64,000 bases of DNA, from positions 2,592,001 through 2,656,000 of the forward strand of contig CAXXLQ010000004.1 in assembly GCA_963668695.2 (NCBI GenBank), given 5' to 3'. Below the pieces are notes generated by a model that ran no database searches, was not told the DNA's origin, and was given only the letters and a program-made list of their open reading frames with translations. The stretch is from Vicinamibacteria bacterium. GTDB lineage: Bacteria; Acidobacteriota; Vicinamibacteria; Marinacidobacterales; Marinacidobacteraceae. The position numbers were made by a program, and so were the translations under genes. Position 1 is the first letter of the stretch; the number at the start of each line of letters is the position of its first letter. This document shows positions 18,970 to 30,959 of the stretch, in pieces.

Positions 18970-19232
18970 GGGCTGCTTGATCCTTCGAAGTACTTCGCGA
19001 GGACCAGGGCGCTGAGGAATCCGATCAACGCGTAGGCGAGGGCGATGTCCGTGAACATCTCGGGCCTCCCGGAGAGCTCGCCCGCGACCACCAGCAGGAT
19101 CAGGGTCTTGGTCCCGATCAGGGCGACACCGGAAAGCCGGTCCCAGAGTGTCGGGCCGCGGACGACCCGGAAGAGCGATCCGCCGATCGCAAGAAAAATG
19201 GCGCCCGCGAAAGCGGTCAGCAAGACGGACAT
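18966..19232 (-). CDS. mrpF: Mrp antiporter subunit F
   Basis: RVVRGPTLWDR, DIALAYALIGF; ATG overlaps the mrpE stop. Confidence 0.9.
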   Translation of the reverse strand: MSVLLTAFAGAIFLAIGGSLFRVVRGPTLWDRLSGVALIGTKTLILLVVAGELSGRPEMFTDIALAYALIGFLSALVLAKYFEGSSSP

Positions 19233-19777
19233 CAGCGCGCCGGAGGGTCGAACAGCGCCCGCACTCTTGCCGCCATCGGTCCGCCGTCCGTACCCAGGCT
19301 TCTCGCGGCCTCCGGGTCGATGGCGTGGACCTCCATCCCGTCGTCGTCGCAATCGATGGTCACGGTGCCGGGAGTCAGGGTGATGGAGTGGGCGAGGGTA
19401 AGGCGGGCGATGGGATGGGGCAGGTCATCCACAATCCGTACCACCCGGGGAGCGATGGGGAGCCGGGGATGCAGCACCAGTTTCGCAACCTCGATCGCCG
19501 ACCGGAAGATCTGCACCACCAGCCACATCCAATAGCCGAGGAAAAGGCGCCACCGGAGCGGAGCCCGCCCGAATTCGTCCGGTGGCATCGGCTGGGGAGG
19601 CACCCGGTAGAGCCTGGCGGTCGCGAGCGCGACCGCGACGGCGGTGATCAGCCCGAGCGAGAGATGGAAGGTGTCCAGTTTTCCCGAAAGCGCAACCCAG
19701 AAGCCGAACAGCAGGACGACCGCTACGACCACCGGTCGGGTCCCCACCGGGAGGACTGGGCGCCGCCGATCCGACAT
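19232..19777 (-). CDS. mrpE: Mrp antiporter subunit E
   Basis: FWVALSG, LAHSITLTPGTVTI, VHAID; the N-terminus carries an 18-bp repeat copy (PVLPVG). Confidence 0.92.
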   Translation of the reverse strand: MSDRRRPVLPVGTRPVVVAVVLLFGFWVALSGKLDTFHLSLGLITAVAVALATARLYRVPPQPMPPDEFGRAPLRWRLFLGYWMWLVVQIFRSAIEVAKLVLHPRLPIAPRVVRIVDDLPHPIARLTLAHSITLTPGTVTIDCDDDGMEVHAIDPEAARSLGTDGGPMAARVRALFDPPAR

Positions 19778-19780
19778 TCA

Positions 19781-19830
19781 GGGAGAACGCCGGTCTTCAG
19801 GCCCACACCGGGAGAACTGGCGGCATCGCC
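19781..19830. repeat. REP-like hairpin interrupted by an 18-bp repeat (19803..19820)
   Basis: CGCCGGTCTTCAG-[insert]-CGGCATCG compared with intact CGCCGGTCTTCAGACCGGCA at 40648. Confidence 0.75.
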
Positions 19831-19919
19831 CGCCGGAGGCGGGCGAAACGCGCAAAGTTGGCGCTCTCACGGTGCCTTCTTTGCCCCGCTGAACGCTCTC
19901 CAGTTTTGAGGAATACGGG

Positions 19920-20621
19920 TTACTTGTAGTAGTTGACCCCGATCATGGCCTGCTGTGTGCGGAAGGAAAAATCCTTCGAGGACCAGATGCGGTATTCCGC
20001 GCGCGCCGACAGGTAGGAGAACACATACACCTCGAAGCCGACTGCGACGTGGGCGGTCGGGGCGTACCCGGTGTGCTCCAAAGTGATCTCGTTGCCGACC
20101 GGGATCCGGATCCCGACGGATCCCGGCTGGTTTTCTCCGCCGGGGTCGGTGGTTTCGTAGATGAGGTCCTCTCGGAGTTCGTCGCGTCTCACGATTCCGC
20201 CTCCGGCGACGACGTACATCTGGAACGGCTGGCGCCGGCCGAGGTGGTACACGATGGATCCGTCGAGATGGTACCGATTCGTCCGGAACTGGTACACCGG
20301 TTCGGCAATCACGTCTTCGACCGGCTCGTCAGCGGCCGTGTAGCGCCGGTTGGAACGCCCGAAGAAGAAACCGGTGGCGAAGCTGATGTGATCGGTGGCT
20401 CGAAAGGCGGCTGCCCCCCCCAGTCCCGCGCCCCTCCCCGGACTCAACTCCGGACGCGCGAAGAACTGCAGCCCGGCGCCAGCGAAGAGTCGGAACTTGT
20501 GATCCTGACCTGCGGCCGGTGTTGCGGCAAGCAAGCCGACAGCCAAGGCGGCGGGTACGAAGGCAGCGAAGAGGCGGCCGCGCCTCGCAACCGGCGGGGG
20601 AGTGTCTTCCGGCGCGGTCAA
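19920..20621 (-). CDS. Outer-membrane beta-barrel (OmpA-like) protein
   Basis: Signal peptide, alternating beta-strands, RAEYR strand, terminal aromatic GVNYYK. Confidence 0.7.
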   Translation of the reverse strand: MTAPEDTPPPVARRGRLFAAFVPAALAVGLLAATPAAGQDHKFRLFAGAGLQFFARPELSPGRGAGLGGAAAFRATDHISFATGFFFGRSNRRYTAADEPVEDVIAEPVYQFRTNRYHLDGSIVYHLGRRQPFQMYVVAGGGIVRRDELREDLIYETTDPGGENQPGSVGIRIPVGNEITLEHTGYAPTAHVAVGFEVYVFSYLSARAEYRIWSSKDFSFRTQQAMIGVNYYK

Positions 20622-20842
20622 TGCGCGCGGAATGCTACTTCACATCGAGCGGTCCGGGAACGGGGGCACTTTGTTGGTCGAGCGTTCCCCGGACGGGGCC
20701 ACGGCGCCTTCGAGTTGGTACCGTGGTCTTGATTGCGTTCGGGCCCCGTCCGGGAACCGCCCGGCGCTGCGCGCCGGCAATCGAAACTTCCTTGCCCGCC
20801 TCTCGGCGGGCTTCGGCAAGTTCCGATTGGACGTTACTGATT

Positions 20843-20915
20843 GTGAAAGGGGGGCGAGCCCCCCTTTCACGCTTTCCCCCCGGACACGTGGGCAGCGAAC
20901 CGGAGGTTCGCTGCC
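20843..20915. other. Two perfect hairpins in the intergenic region
   Basis: GTGAAAGGGGGG-CGAG-CCCCCCTTTCAC (20843..20870) and GGCAGCGAACC-GGA-GGTTCGCTGCC (20891..20915). Confidence 0.8.
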
Positions 20916-21114
20916 ATGAGTTGTTGCTCGCTCGGTGAGACGCCGATCGTGGCTTTCCGCCGAGGGAGAAAAAGTGCGGTGCAAAGGGAGCGCTGGCCAG
21001 TTCTCGCGGTTGCGGGCCTCCAGACCGGCATCGCCTCCCGGATGCGGGCGAAACCGCGTACCACTGTTGTCCCTGACGGCACGCAGATGCACTCCCCTCG
21101 GCTACGCTGTTGCA

Positions 21115-22884
21115 ATGCCGGGCGAGGGCGGAAACACCCCAGGGGCGACGCTCGGGCGACGTACTCCGGAGACAGGCGAACTGCGGACGCCCGGCTCGGT
21201 TGACGAACGGCAGCTGGCGCGCCGCGCCGGCTCCGTGAGCCTCGGGGTTGTTTTCTCCCGCCTTACCGGCCTGGTCCGGGAGGGAACCCTCGCCTTCCTG
21301 TTCTCGACCCCGCTGCTCGACGCCTTCTACGCGGCGTACACCTTCCCGAACACCCTTCGGGAGATGCTCGCCGAGGGGGCTCTCTCGAAAGCGTTCGTTG
21401 CGACGTTCGCCGGCGTGGACCAGGGGGAAGGAAGAGAGGCCGCTCATCGGCTCTTCGGGCGGGTCTTCCGGGTCCTGCTGCCGGTCAGCCTCCTGGTCAC
21501 CGTTGTTGGTGTGGTGTTCGCTCCCCAACTGGTGGATTTCGTGTTCTCGCGGGGAGCGTTCGACGAACCGCTTCCCAAGTCCCTGCAGTTCGGTCTCGAA
21601 ACACCGAGGGAGTTGGCCGTCTGGCTCACCCGCGTGATGTTTCCTTTCATCGCCTGCGCGTCGATCGCCTCACTCTTCATGGGGGGGCTGCAGGCGCGGA
21701 ACTCGTTTTTCCTCCCGGCGGTGGCGTCCTCGTTCTTCAACGTCACCACCATCGTCTTCACAGCGCTGGGATTCCTTTCGGCTCCCCGGTTGGGACTTCA
21801 CCCGATGGCGGGGCTCGCGATTGGCGTGCCGGTCGGAGGACTCGTCCAACTGCTGGTGCAGTGGCGGTGGTTTCGCCGAGATGGCTATCGCGCGGTGGCC
21901 ACGGGGGGAATGCGAGCCACGGTCTCCGATCCGGCCTTTCGCCGGGTGTGCCGTCTCTTTGCGCCCGCAGCGGGCGCTGCCGGGACGCTGCAGATCAACG
22001 TCATCATTTCGAGGCACTTCGCTTCCGCCGGAACCTCCTGGCTCGCCTGGTTCATGATGGCATACCGCCTCGTACAGCTTCCCTCCGGGCTCATCGGAGT
22101 CGCCTTGTCGAGCGCCACCCTGCCGGCGCTTACCCGCGCCGCCGGCCGCGGTGACCCGGACGCTTTCGGTCGGGTACTCGGGCAATCCGGCCGCCTCATG
22201 CTGGTGTTGACGCTCGTTGCCGCCGCCGGCCTCGTCGGGATCGCAACGCCGTTCGTTGCGGTCATCTACCAGCGCGGAGCCTTCAGCGCCGGGGACGCCC
22301 AGCAGGTCGCCCGGGTGCTTTCGATCTTTGCGCTGGGCCTCCCCGCTTTTGGGGCGACCAAACTGCTGTCCGACGCGTTCTTCGCGCTTGGAAGCACGCG
22401 GCCGCCGTTCCTGGTCGCCGGTGTCGGCACCGTGGTCACCTGGATCGCGACCCGGAGTTTCGTGGTTGCCGCGGGTTTCGGTCATCTGGGCCTGCCGCTC
22501 GCGACCGTTTCGGTGGCCTGGTTCTCGGCGGGATTGCTGGCGGTTCTCCTGACTCCCAGGCTCGGCGCGGATCCATCCGGCCGGTCCCGGGCAAGAGCGG
22601 TGTTTTCGGAAGTGGCGGGAGCCGGCCTTCGCGCCCTGCCGGTCGCGGCCGCCACCGGCGGCACGGCATGGCTGCTTGCGCGGTTTGTCGGCGAACGCTT
22701 CGGAAGCGGCGGTTGGGGCGATGCCGCCACGACGCTGCTCGCCACCGCTGCCGGAGGCCTCGTCTTCTGGTTCTCCGTGCGGTTCTTCGCGCCGCGGGAA
22801 TGGGATCCGATCCGCGACGCGCTCCGGGCGCTCGGCGAGCGGTTCGGTTTCGGCGGCGGAGGGCGTGGGGGAGGCCATCCGTGA
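21115..22884 (+). CDS. murJ: Lipid II flippase MurJ
   Basis: SRLTGLVRE, DAFYAAYTFPNTLREMLAEGALS, AYRLVQLPSGLIGVA. Confidence 0.93.
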   Translation: MPGEGGNTPGATLGRRTPETGELRTPGSVDERQLARRAGSVSLGVVFSRLTGLVREGTLAFLFSTPLLDAFYAAYTFPNTLREMLAEGALSKAFVATFAGVDQGEGREAAHRLFGRVFRVLLPVSLLVTVVGVVFAPQLVDFVFSRGAFDEPLPKSLQFGLETPRELAVWLTRVMFPFIACASIASLFMGGLQARNSFFLPAVASSFFNVTTIVFTALGFLSAPRLGLHPMAGLAIGVPVGGLVQLLVQWRWFRRDGYRAVATGGMRATVSDPAFRRVCRLFAPAAGAAGTLQINVIISRHFASAGTSWLAWFMMAYRLVQLPSGLIGVALSSATLPALTRAAGRGDPDAFGRVLGQSGRLMLVLTLVAAAGLVGIATPFVAVIYQRGAFSAGDAQQVARVLSIFALGLPAFGATKLLSDAFFALGSTRPPFLVAGVGTVVTWIATRSFVVAAGFGHLGLPLATVSVAWFSAGLLAVLLTPRLGADPSGRSRARAVFSEVAGAGLRALPVAAATGGTAWLLARFVGERFGSGGWGDAATTLLATAAGGLVFWFSVRFFAPREWDPIRDALRALGERFGFGGGGRGGGHP

Positions 22885-23879
22885 GTTCCGGGGCGGGGAA
22901 ACTGCGTCCGGCGCCAACGGGCGCGGAAGATCGATCCGCACGGAATCGGGCTTCGCCGGCGGCGGGGGATCCGCGGGCGGAGGAGTTTCTGAACCACCTC
23001 CGGGTGGAGCGCCGGCTTTCGGAAAACACGCTCGACGCTTACCGCCGCGATCTCGGGAAGCTGAACGAGTTCGGCGCCGGCCGTGCGCTTGCCGAATTCG
23101 ACACCAGGGATCTGCAGCGCTTTCTCACCCATCTGCACCGCCGCGGCCTCTCCTTCCGGTCAATACAGCGGGTCACCTCCGCGATCCGTGGCGCGTACGC
23201 GTTCCTGATGGCCGGTGGGGCCATCGAGAAGGATCCCACCGAGGGAATTACCGTGGCGCGGGCCCTGCCGGGGCTCCCCCGCTATCTGTCACCCGACGAA
23301 GTGGAGCGACTGCTCGCTGCGCCCGATGACTCCCCGCTGGGTCTGCGCGACCGGGCAATGCTCGAGATGCTCTACGCGACCGGTCTTCGGGTGTCGGAAC
23401 TCGTAGGCCTACGGGTAATCGATGCGGTTTCCGCGCGCGGCGAGGGGCCGGGCTACGTCACCGTGATCGGCAAAGGGGACAAGGAGCGCATCGTTCCCTA
23501 CGGAGATGTCGCCGCCGCGAGCCTGGAATCGTGGATACGGGAGGGGCGGCCCCGCGTGCTGGGGAAGCGGGGTCGGGAGACCGGGTCGCCCTGGCTCTTC
23601 GTGACGGCTCGCGGCGGGGCGATGACCCGTCAGCGGTTCTGGCAGATCGTCAGGACTCGCGGCGAACAGGCGGGGATCCCGCGCCGCTTCTCACCTCACG
23701 TGCTGCGCCACTCGTTTGCGACGCATCTGCTCGAGCGCGGGGCCGACCTGCGGAGCCTGCAACAGATGCTTGGCCACGCCTCGATCACCACCACCCAGAT
23801 CTACACCCACGTCACCGAGGAGCGCCTGCGGCGGGTGTACGACGAGCACCATCCGCGCGCCCGGCGCGGCGATTCCTAG
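22881..23879 (+). CDS. xerD: Tyrosine recombinase XerD
   Basis: LYATGLRVSEL, GKGDKERIVP, MTRQRFWQIV, SPHVLRHSFATHLL...LGHASITTTQIYTHV. Confidence 0.92.
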   Translation: MSSGAGKLRPAPTGAEDRSARNRASPAAGDPRAEEFLNHLRVERRLSENTLDAYRRDLGKLNEFGAGRALAEFDTRDLQRFLTHLHRRGLSFRSIQRVTSAIRGAYAFLMAGGAIEKDPTEGITVARALPGLPRYLSPDEVERLLAAPDDSPLGLRDRAMLEMLYATGLRVSELVGLRVIDAVSARGEGPGYVTVIGKGDKERIVPYGDVAAASLESWIREGRPRVLGKRGRETGSPWLFVTARGGAMTRQRFWQIVRTRGEQAGIPRRFSPHVLRHSFATHLLERGADLRSLQQMLGHASITTTQIYTHVTEERLRRVYDEHHPRARRGDS

Positions 23880-24151
23880 TGGCCTGTCGATAAAGTGGCG
23901 GGAGCGCAGAGAGCGGCGAGGCCCAGTTCTCCCGGTGGGGCCAGTTCTCCCGGTGGGGGCCCGGCTGACAAGGCGCGCGAGGGAGGAGCCCCCACCGGGA
24001 GAACTGGCCCTGGTGTATTTCGACCGAAGCGTAACGATGAGCGAGGCGAAGCCCCAGTTCTCCCGGTGGGGGCGCGGTTCAGCCGGGATGCATCGCCGGT
24101 CGAGCCCCCACCGGGAGAACTGGGCCGCGTGACTTTGTCGACAGGCTGCTA
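23877..24151 (+). mobile_element. MITE family 1 copy carrying five 18-bp insertions
   Basis: Ends TAGTGGCCTGTCGATAAAGT / ACTTTGTCGACAGGCTGCTA; 18-mers at 23923, 23941, 23990, 24054, 24106; begins in the xerD stop. Confidence 0.85.
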
Positions 24152-24164
24152 AGGGCCCTTTCCG

Positions 24165-24770
24165 ATGCCCTTCGACGCTGGCGGAAAGAGGCAGTTCCCG
24201 GTGGGGCGTTTGTCGGAAGTGCAGGCGAAGGCGGTCGACCGGATGGCCGCGGATCTGCGCTCCGGCGCCGTGGTGGCCTTCCCCACCGAAACCTTCTATG
24301 CACTGGGCGCCGATCCACGCTCCGCTGAAGCGGTGTCCGAGGTATTCCGCCTCAAGGGTCGCCCGGGGGACCGCCGGCTGCCCTGGATCGCCGCGAGCCG
24401 GGCGCAGGTAGAAGGCGTCTGCCATCTGCCCGAAACGGCGGCCGCCTTCGCGGATCGCTACTGGCCTGGTCCCGTCACCCTGGTACTGCCGCTCCGTAGC
24501 CCTGGTGGGGAAGGGGTGGCGGTCCGGGTGAGTTCGCATCCGCTGGCGCGGGCGCTGGCTGAAGCCCTCGGCCATCCGGTGGTTTCGACGAGCGCCAATC
24601 CGAGCGGCCGGCCGCCGGCGGCTACCGCCTCCGAGGTCCGAGAGGCGTTCTCGGGCCAGAACGCGCAGAACCTCCGGATCCTGGATGGAGGACGGACCCC
24701 GGGCGGGGAACCCTCCGTCATCGTCGATCTGACGGGTGCGTCGCCCAGGATCCTGAGAGGAAGGCTCTAA
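24165..24770 (+). CDS. tsaC: L-threonylcarbamoyladenylate synthase (TsaC/YrdC/Sua5)
   Basis: VVAFPTETFYALG, KGRP, WPGPVT, STSANPSG. Confidence 0.92.
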   Translation: MPFDAGGKRQFPVGRLSEVQAKAVDRMAADLRSGAVVAFPTETFYALGADPRSAEAVSEVFRLKGRPGDRRLPWIAASRAQVEGVCHLPETAAAFADRYWPGPVTLVLPLRSPGGEGVAVRVSSHPLARALAEALGHPVVSTSANPSGRPPAATASEVREAFSGQNAQNLRILDGGRTPGGEPSVIVDLTGASPRILRGRL

Positions 24771-25025
24771 CAGCCTGTGGTGGAACCCGGGTGAGCGCCG
24801 AGAGCGGCCAGTTCTCCCGGTGGGGGCGAGGCCCAGTTCTCCCGGTGGGGGTCCGGCTGACAAGGCGCGTGAGGGAGGAGCCCCCACCGGGAGAACTGGC
24901 CCGAGTGTATTTCGACCGAAACGCAACGACGAGCGGCGCACAGCGGCGCGGTTCAGGCTGGATGGATCGCCGCTCGAGCCCCCACCGGGAGAACTGGGCC
25001 GCGTGGGTTTCACCACCGGCTGTTA
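24768..25025 (+). mobile_element. MITE family 1 copy carrying four 18-bp insertions
   Basis: Ends TAACAGCCTGTGGTGGAACCC / GGGTTTCACCACCGGCTGTTA; 18-mers at 24808, 24833, 24882, 24980; begins in the tsaC stop. Confidence 0.85.
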
Positions 25026-25044
25026 ACCCCGGCGCCAGGGCGAA

Positions 25045-25959
25045 TCATTCTCCTGAGGAGCCCTCGCTGGCTCCGAAGCGCCGGACGAAGTCCTTCTGCT
25101 CCGGCGTCAGATCCTTGGGGACCGCGATCCGGACGCGAACCACCAGATCGCCGTGTCCGCCGCCGGGGCGAGGCATTCCCCGGCCGGGAACCCGCAGTGC
25201 GCCGCCGCCGGACACTCCGGCCGGAATACGGATCCGTACCGGTTCGCCGAGCGTGGGGACCTCGATTTCTCCACCGAGCGCGGCCTCGGCAAAACGGACC
25301 GGGATCTCGACTTCGAGGTTGTCGCCTGCGCGCCGGAACCGTGGGTGATCCGCTACGCGAACCACCAGCATCGAGTCCCCGTCGGGAGTCCGGACTCTCA
25401 GCCGCGCGCCGTCCCGGACTCCGGGCGGGATGCGGACCCGGTATGACCCGTTCCTGCCGGTGCGGAGCTGCCGGAGCGCGCCGCGGTAGGCCTCCTCGAG
25501 GCTGATCTCGACGACCCCCGGCTGCCCGGCCGGATCGGCCGCCGGCCCCGGCGGCCGATACCGGGAAGAAGGCGGCCAACCCGGAGGCCGGCGCGCTCTG
25601 CCGTCGAGCGTGCCAAATGGGGAATCCGGGCCGAAGATATGGAGAAAAAAGCTCGAGAAGTCGCCAAATCCGCCCGGACCGGGCCGCGGTCCGCCCGCGG
25701 GTCCCGCGGTCCGGGCTCGGGCGTTTCGCCCCTGCTGGGCCCAATCAGGCCCCAACTGGTCGTACCGGCGCCGCCGGTCCGGATCGGAGAGCACCGCATA
25801 GGCCTCACCGATTTCCTTGAAGCGCTCGGAGGCCTCGCGGTCACCGGGATTCAGGTCGGGATGGTGTTTTCGTGCGAGTCGTCGGTAGGCCTGTTTGATC
25901 TGGGACTCGTCGGCCTGTTTCCCAACTCTCAAGACGGCGTAGTAGTCGCGGTACTTCAA
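25045..25959 (-). CDS. DnaJ-class (type II, CbpA-like) chaperone
   Basis: J-domain with HPD, G/F-rich region, C-terminal domain, no zinc finger. Confidence 0.92.
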   Translation of the reverse strand: MKYRDYYAVLRVGKQADESQIKQAYRRLARKHHPDLNPGDREASERFKEIGEAYAVLSDPDRRRRYDQLGPDWAQQGRNARARTAGPAGGPRPGPGGFGDFSSFFLHIFGPDSPFGTLDGRARRPPGWPPSSRYRPPGPAADPAGQPGVVEISLEEAYRGALRQLRTGRNGSYRVRIPPGVRDGARLRVRTPDGDSMLVVRVADHPRFRRAGDNLEVEIPVRFAEAALGGEIEVPTLGEPVRIRIPAGVSGGGALRVPGRGMPRPGGGHGDLVVRVRIAVPKDLTPEQKDFVRRFGASEGSSGE

Positions 25960-26003
25960 CGGAGATGGGTCCGGCGAACGGGCGTTGGCGCCGGGAGGAG
26001 CCG

Positions 26004-28490
<2,487 letters not shown>

Positions 28491-28609
28491 CGGAGCTTGC
28501 CTCCCTCGAATGCGTTCGGTATCCGGCCGTAGCCGAAACCCGGAGAGTACGGTCCGGTGTCCACCGGAACGTTCCATGATCCTAACACGGAGCACCCATT
28601 GTTGCGTGA

Positions 28610-28700
28610 TCCGTTATCAAGATCAAACCAAGTCATTGATAACACAGCGACTAATTCAGGCGGCACTACCGTTGAAATATGAGTAGAGTGACATCAGATT
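28610..28700 (-). promoter_or_regulatory. AT-rich lon upstream region with an inverted repeat
   Basis: GTTATCAA (28613..28620) N15 TTGATAAC (28636..28643) in an AT-rich stretch. Confidence 0.4.
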
Positions 28701-28704
28701 GTAA

Positions 28705-29163
28705 TTAGCCGAACGTTACTTCGTCCGGAAGCTCGTTCACATCGTCGGGCTGGATCGGAAAGTGCCGCGCCAGAAAGCCTCCGATGCGACGGACTCCGTG
28801 TTCGAGGCCGTCTCCGATGCCGTTTTCGCGGATGTGGCTCGTGATTTCAACTGCGATCTCGTTCCACGACTCTTCGCCGACTTCCTCGTTGATCGCCTGG
28901 TCGGCCACGATTTCGAATCGGCCGGATCGAACCGCCAGGAACAGCAGGACGCCGGAACCGTCCTTCGTGCGGTCCACCCCCAGCCGGAAGAACTCGCGGA
29001 TGGCGCGCCGGCGGGCGTTCTCGAGCGGCAGCAGCCGCGGGACGACGTGAACCCGCAACTCGCCCGACGTCTCGCGCTCGGCCGCTGCAATGGCGCTGGC
29101 GATGCGGTCGAGGTCTTCCTCGGACAAGTGGGCGCGGAGACGTTTGGGAACGCGCATGGTCAC
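28705..29163 (-). CDS. TPM domain protein
   Basis: AERETSGELRV, GVLLFLA, DDVNELPD. Confidence 0.9.
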   Translation of the reverse strand: MTMRVPKRLRAHLSEEDLDRIASAIAAAERETSGELRVHVVPRLLPLENARRRAIREFFRLGVDRTKDGSGVLLFLAVRSGRFEIVADQAINEEVGEESWNEIAVEITSHIRENGIGDGLEHGVRRIGGFLARHFPIQPDDVNELPDEVTFG

Positions 29164-30095
29164 CAGCTGCCGCTGGCTCCGCCTCCGCCGAAACCGCCGC
29201 CTCCACCTGAGAAGCCACCGAAACCACCCCCGAAACCGCCCCCGAATCCACCCCGGAATCCATGAGAAGCCCCCATGACGCCCCGGCGTCCCGGCATTCC
29301 CCCGTAGCCCCAGGCGCCGCCTCGGCCTGCGGTCGCGCGCGTGAAGGCCGTGGCTCCGAAGCCGGAAAGCAGACCGAGCGGCACCAGCCAGAACAGGGAA
29401 CCCACGCCGATCAGCAAGAACCCGAGCAGCGCCGCGATCCCGCCCCCGGCGGCGGCTGCCCCGGCCGGATGGAAGGCGTTCCCGATGTAGCCGAGGAGCT
29501 GCATCCCGAGCAGAATCCCCACGAGGACCAGCGTCGAGATCCCGCGTCGGGAGGTACGCCGGGCACCGGGATTCGCTCCGCTGCTGGCTCCTTGGTATTC
29601 GCCGGCGGCGGCCTGGGCCAGTGCCGCAGCGGTGGCGCTGAAACCGCCCGCGAAATCGCCCGCGGCGAATCGGGGGACGAGTTCGTCACGAATGATGCGC
29701 CCGGCCAGGCCGTCGGGAATCACCGACTCCAGACCGTAGCCGACCTCAATGCGCGCCCGCCGGTCCTCCCGGGAGACGACCACCAGGGCGCCGTTGTCGG
29801 TTTCGGACTGCCCGATGCCCCAGGCCTCGGCGAGGCGGAGGCTGAAGTCTTCTATTGCTCCGTCGATCCGCGGAACGGTGACCAGGACGAGTTGGACCGA
29901 GGTTTCGGCTTCCAGGCGGGCGAGAAGCTCTTCGAGCCGCGTCTCCTCCGCAGGGGAGAGGAACTCCGCCTCGTCTACGACCCGGCCCGCCTGCGCGGGG
30001 AGCGGCGTTTCCTGGGCGGCCACCCCCGCCGGGACTACGAGGCAGAACCCGGCGATGACCGGGAGGACCAGGAGGCGGTGGAAGAACCAAGGCAT
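29160..30095 (-). CDS. TPM domain (YgcG-like) membrane protein
   Basis: VVDEAEFLS, DNGALVVVS, RIEVGYGLE, Gly-rich GGGGASGSW tail. Confidence 0.9.
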   Translation of the reverse strand: MPWFFHRLLVLPVIAGFCLVVPAGVAAQETPLPAQAGRVVDEAEFLSPAEETRLEELLARLEAETSVQLVLVTVPRIDGAIEDFSLRLAEAWGIGQSETDNGALVVVSREDRRARIEVGYGLESVIPDGLAGRIIRDELVPRFAAGDFAGGFSATAAALAQAAAGEYQGASSGANPGARRTSRRGISTLVLVGILLGMQLLGYIGNAFHPAGAAAAGGGIAALLGFLLIGVGSLFWLVPLGLLSGFGATAFTRATAGRGGAWGYGGMPGRRGVMGASHGFRGGFGGGFGGGFGGFSGGGGGFGGGGASGSW

Positions 30096-30123
30096 TCGGA
30101 GTGGGTGGCGAGAGTCGGACCAA

Positions 30124-30218
30124 CCCGTGGGAAGACCATCCCGCGAGCGAACGGATTCCGAAGCTGGGGGTGTTTCGCGCGGGCGTGCCAGTCGGGGTGC
30201 TTTTTCCACGGGCGGTTA
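30124..30218. mobile_element. Short MITE-like element, family 2
   Basis: CCCGTGGGAAG ... GGGGTGCTTTTTCCACGGG; abuts the lemA TAA. Confidence 0.5.
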
Positions 30219-30833
30219 CCGGCTGAAGTCCACCTCGGGTGCGGTTTCGGCTCCCTCTTCGGCCTCGAAGTAGGCGGCGTCGGCGAAACCGGACCAACTC
30301 GCGATCATTCGGGTGAAGAAACCGCGCCGCCGCGTGTTGTATCCCTGGGCGGCTTCGTTGAAACGCCGCCGTTCGACGGCGATCCGGTTCTCGGTCCCCG
30401 CCAATTCATCCTGCAGGCTCAGGAAGTTCTGGTTGGCCTTGATGTCCGGATAGCGCTCGACGACGACCATGAGGCGGGAGAGCGCACCCGAGAGCGCCCC
30501 CTGCGCCGCCTCGAAGCGGGCGAGGGCCTGGGGGTTTTGGAGGTCGTTTGCCGAAACCTGGATGCTGGTGGCTCGGGACCTGGCCGCAATGACGGCTTCG
30601 AGGGTTTCTCGCTCGAAATCGGCCGCCCCCTGGACCGTGGCCACCAGGTTCGGCACGAGGTCGGCGCGCCGCTGGTACACGTTTTCCACCTGCGACCACC
30701 CGGCTTTCACCGCCTCGTCGAGTGTGACCAGACCGTTGTATGTCGAGCGAAATGCAAAGAAGAGGACGACGGCTCCGAGCAAGAGTGCGGCGAGCACGCC
30801 GCCGCAGCCGAGGAGAACGAGTTTTTTCTTCAT
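30216..30833 (-). CDS. lemA: LemA family protein
   Basis: WSQVENVYQRRADLVPNLV, ERYPDIKANQNF, GTENRIAVERRRFN. Confidence 0.96.
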   Translation of the reverse strand: MKKKLVLLGCGGVLAALLLGAVVLFFAFRSTYNGLVTLDEAVKAGWSQVENVYQRRADLVPNLVATVQGAADFERETLEAVIAARSRATSIQVSANDLQNPQALARFEAAQGALSGALSRLMVVVERYPDIKANQNFLSLQDELAGTENRIAVERRRFNEAAQGYNTRRRGFFTRMIASWSGFADAAYFEAEEGAETAPEVDFSR

Positions 30834-30959
30834 TGAGCGGTTGGATCGGAGTTGAAAAAGGCGTCTGAAAAACAGTCGCCCACGCCCGGAAGCATAGGAG
30901 AGGGGAAGTGGATGTGCGTGGGTCCGGCCGGGGCCGGCCGGGGGCGGTGGCCCGATCTG

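Noticed and set aside
22881-23879. Integron or phage integrase
   Set aside because: Motifs (TRQ.FW, no IntI insertion) and the murJ/tsaC context fit housekeeping XerD
29175-29260. Short-period repeat at the end of the TPM gene
   Set aside because: Ordinary Gly-rich GGFGG tail of this protein family
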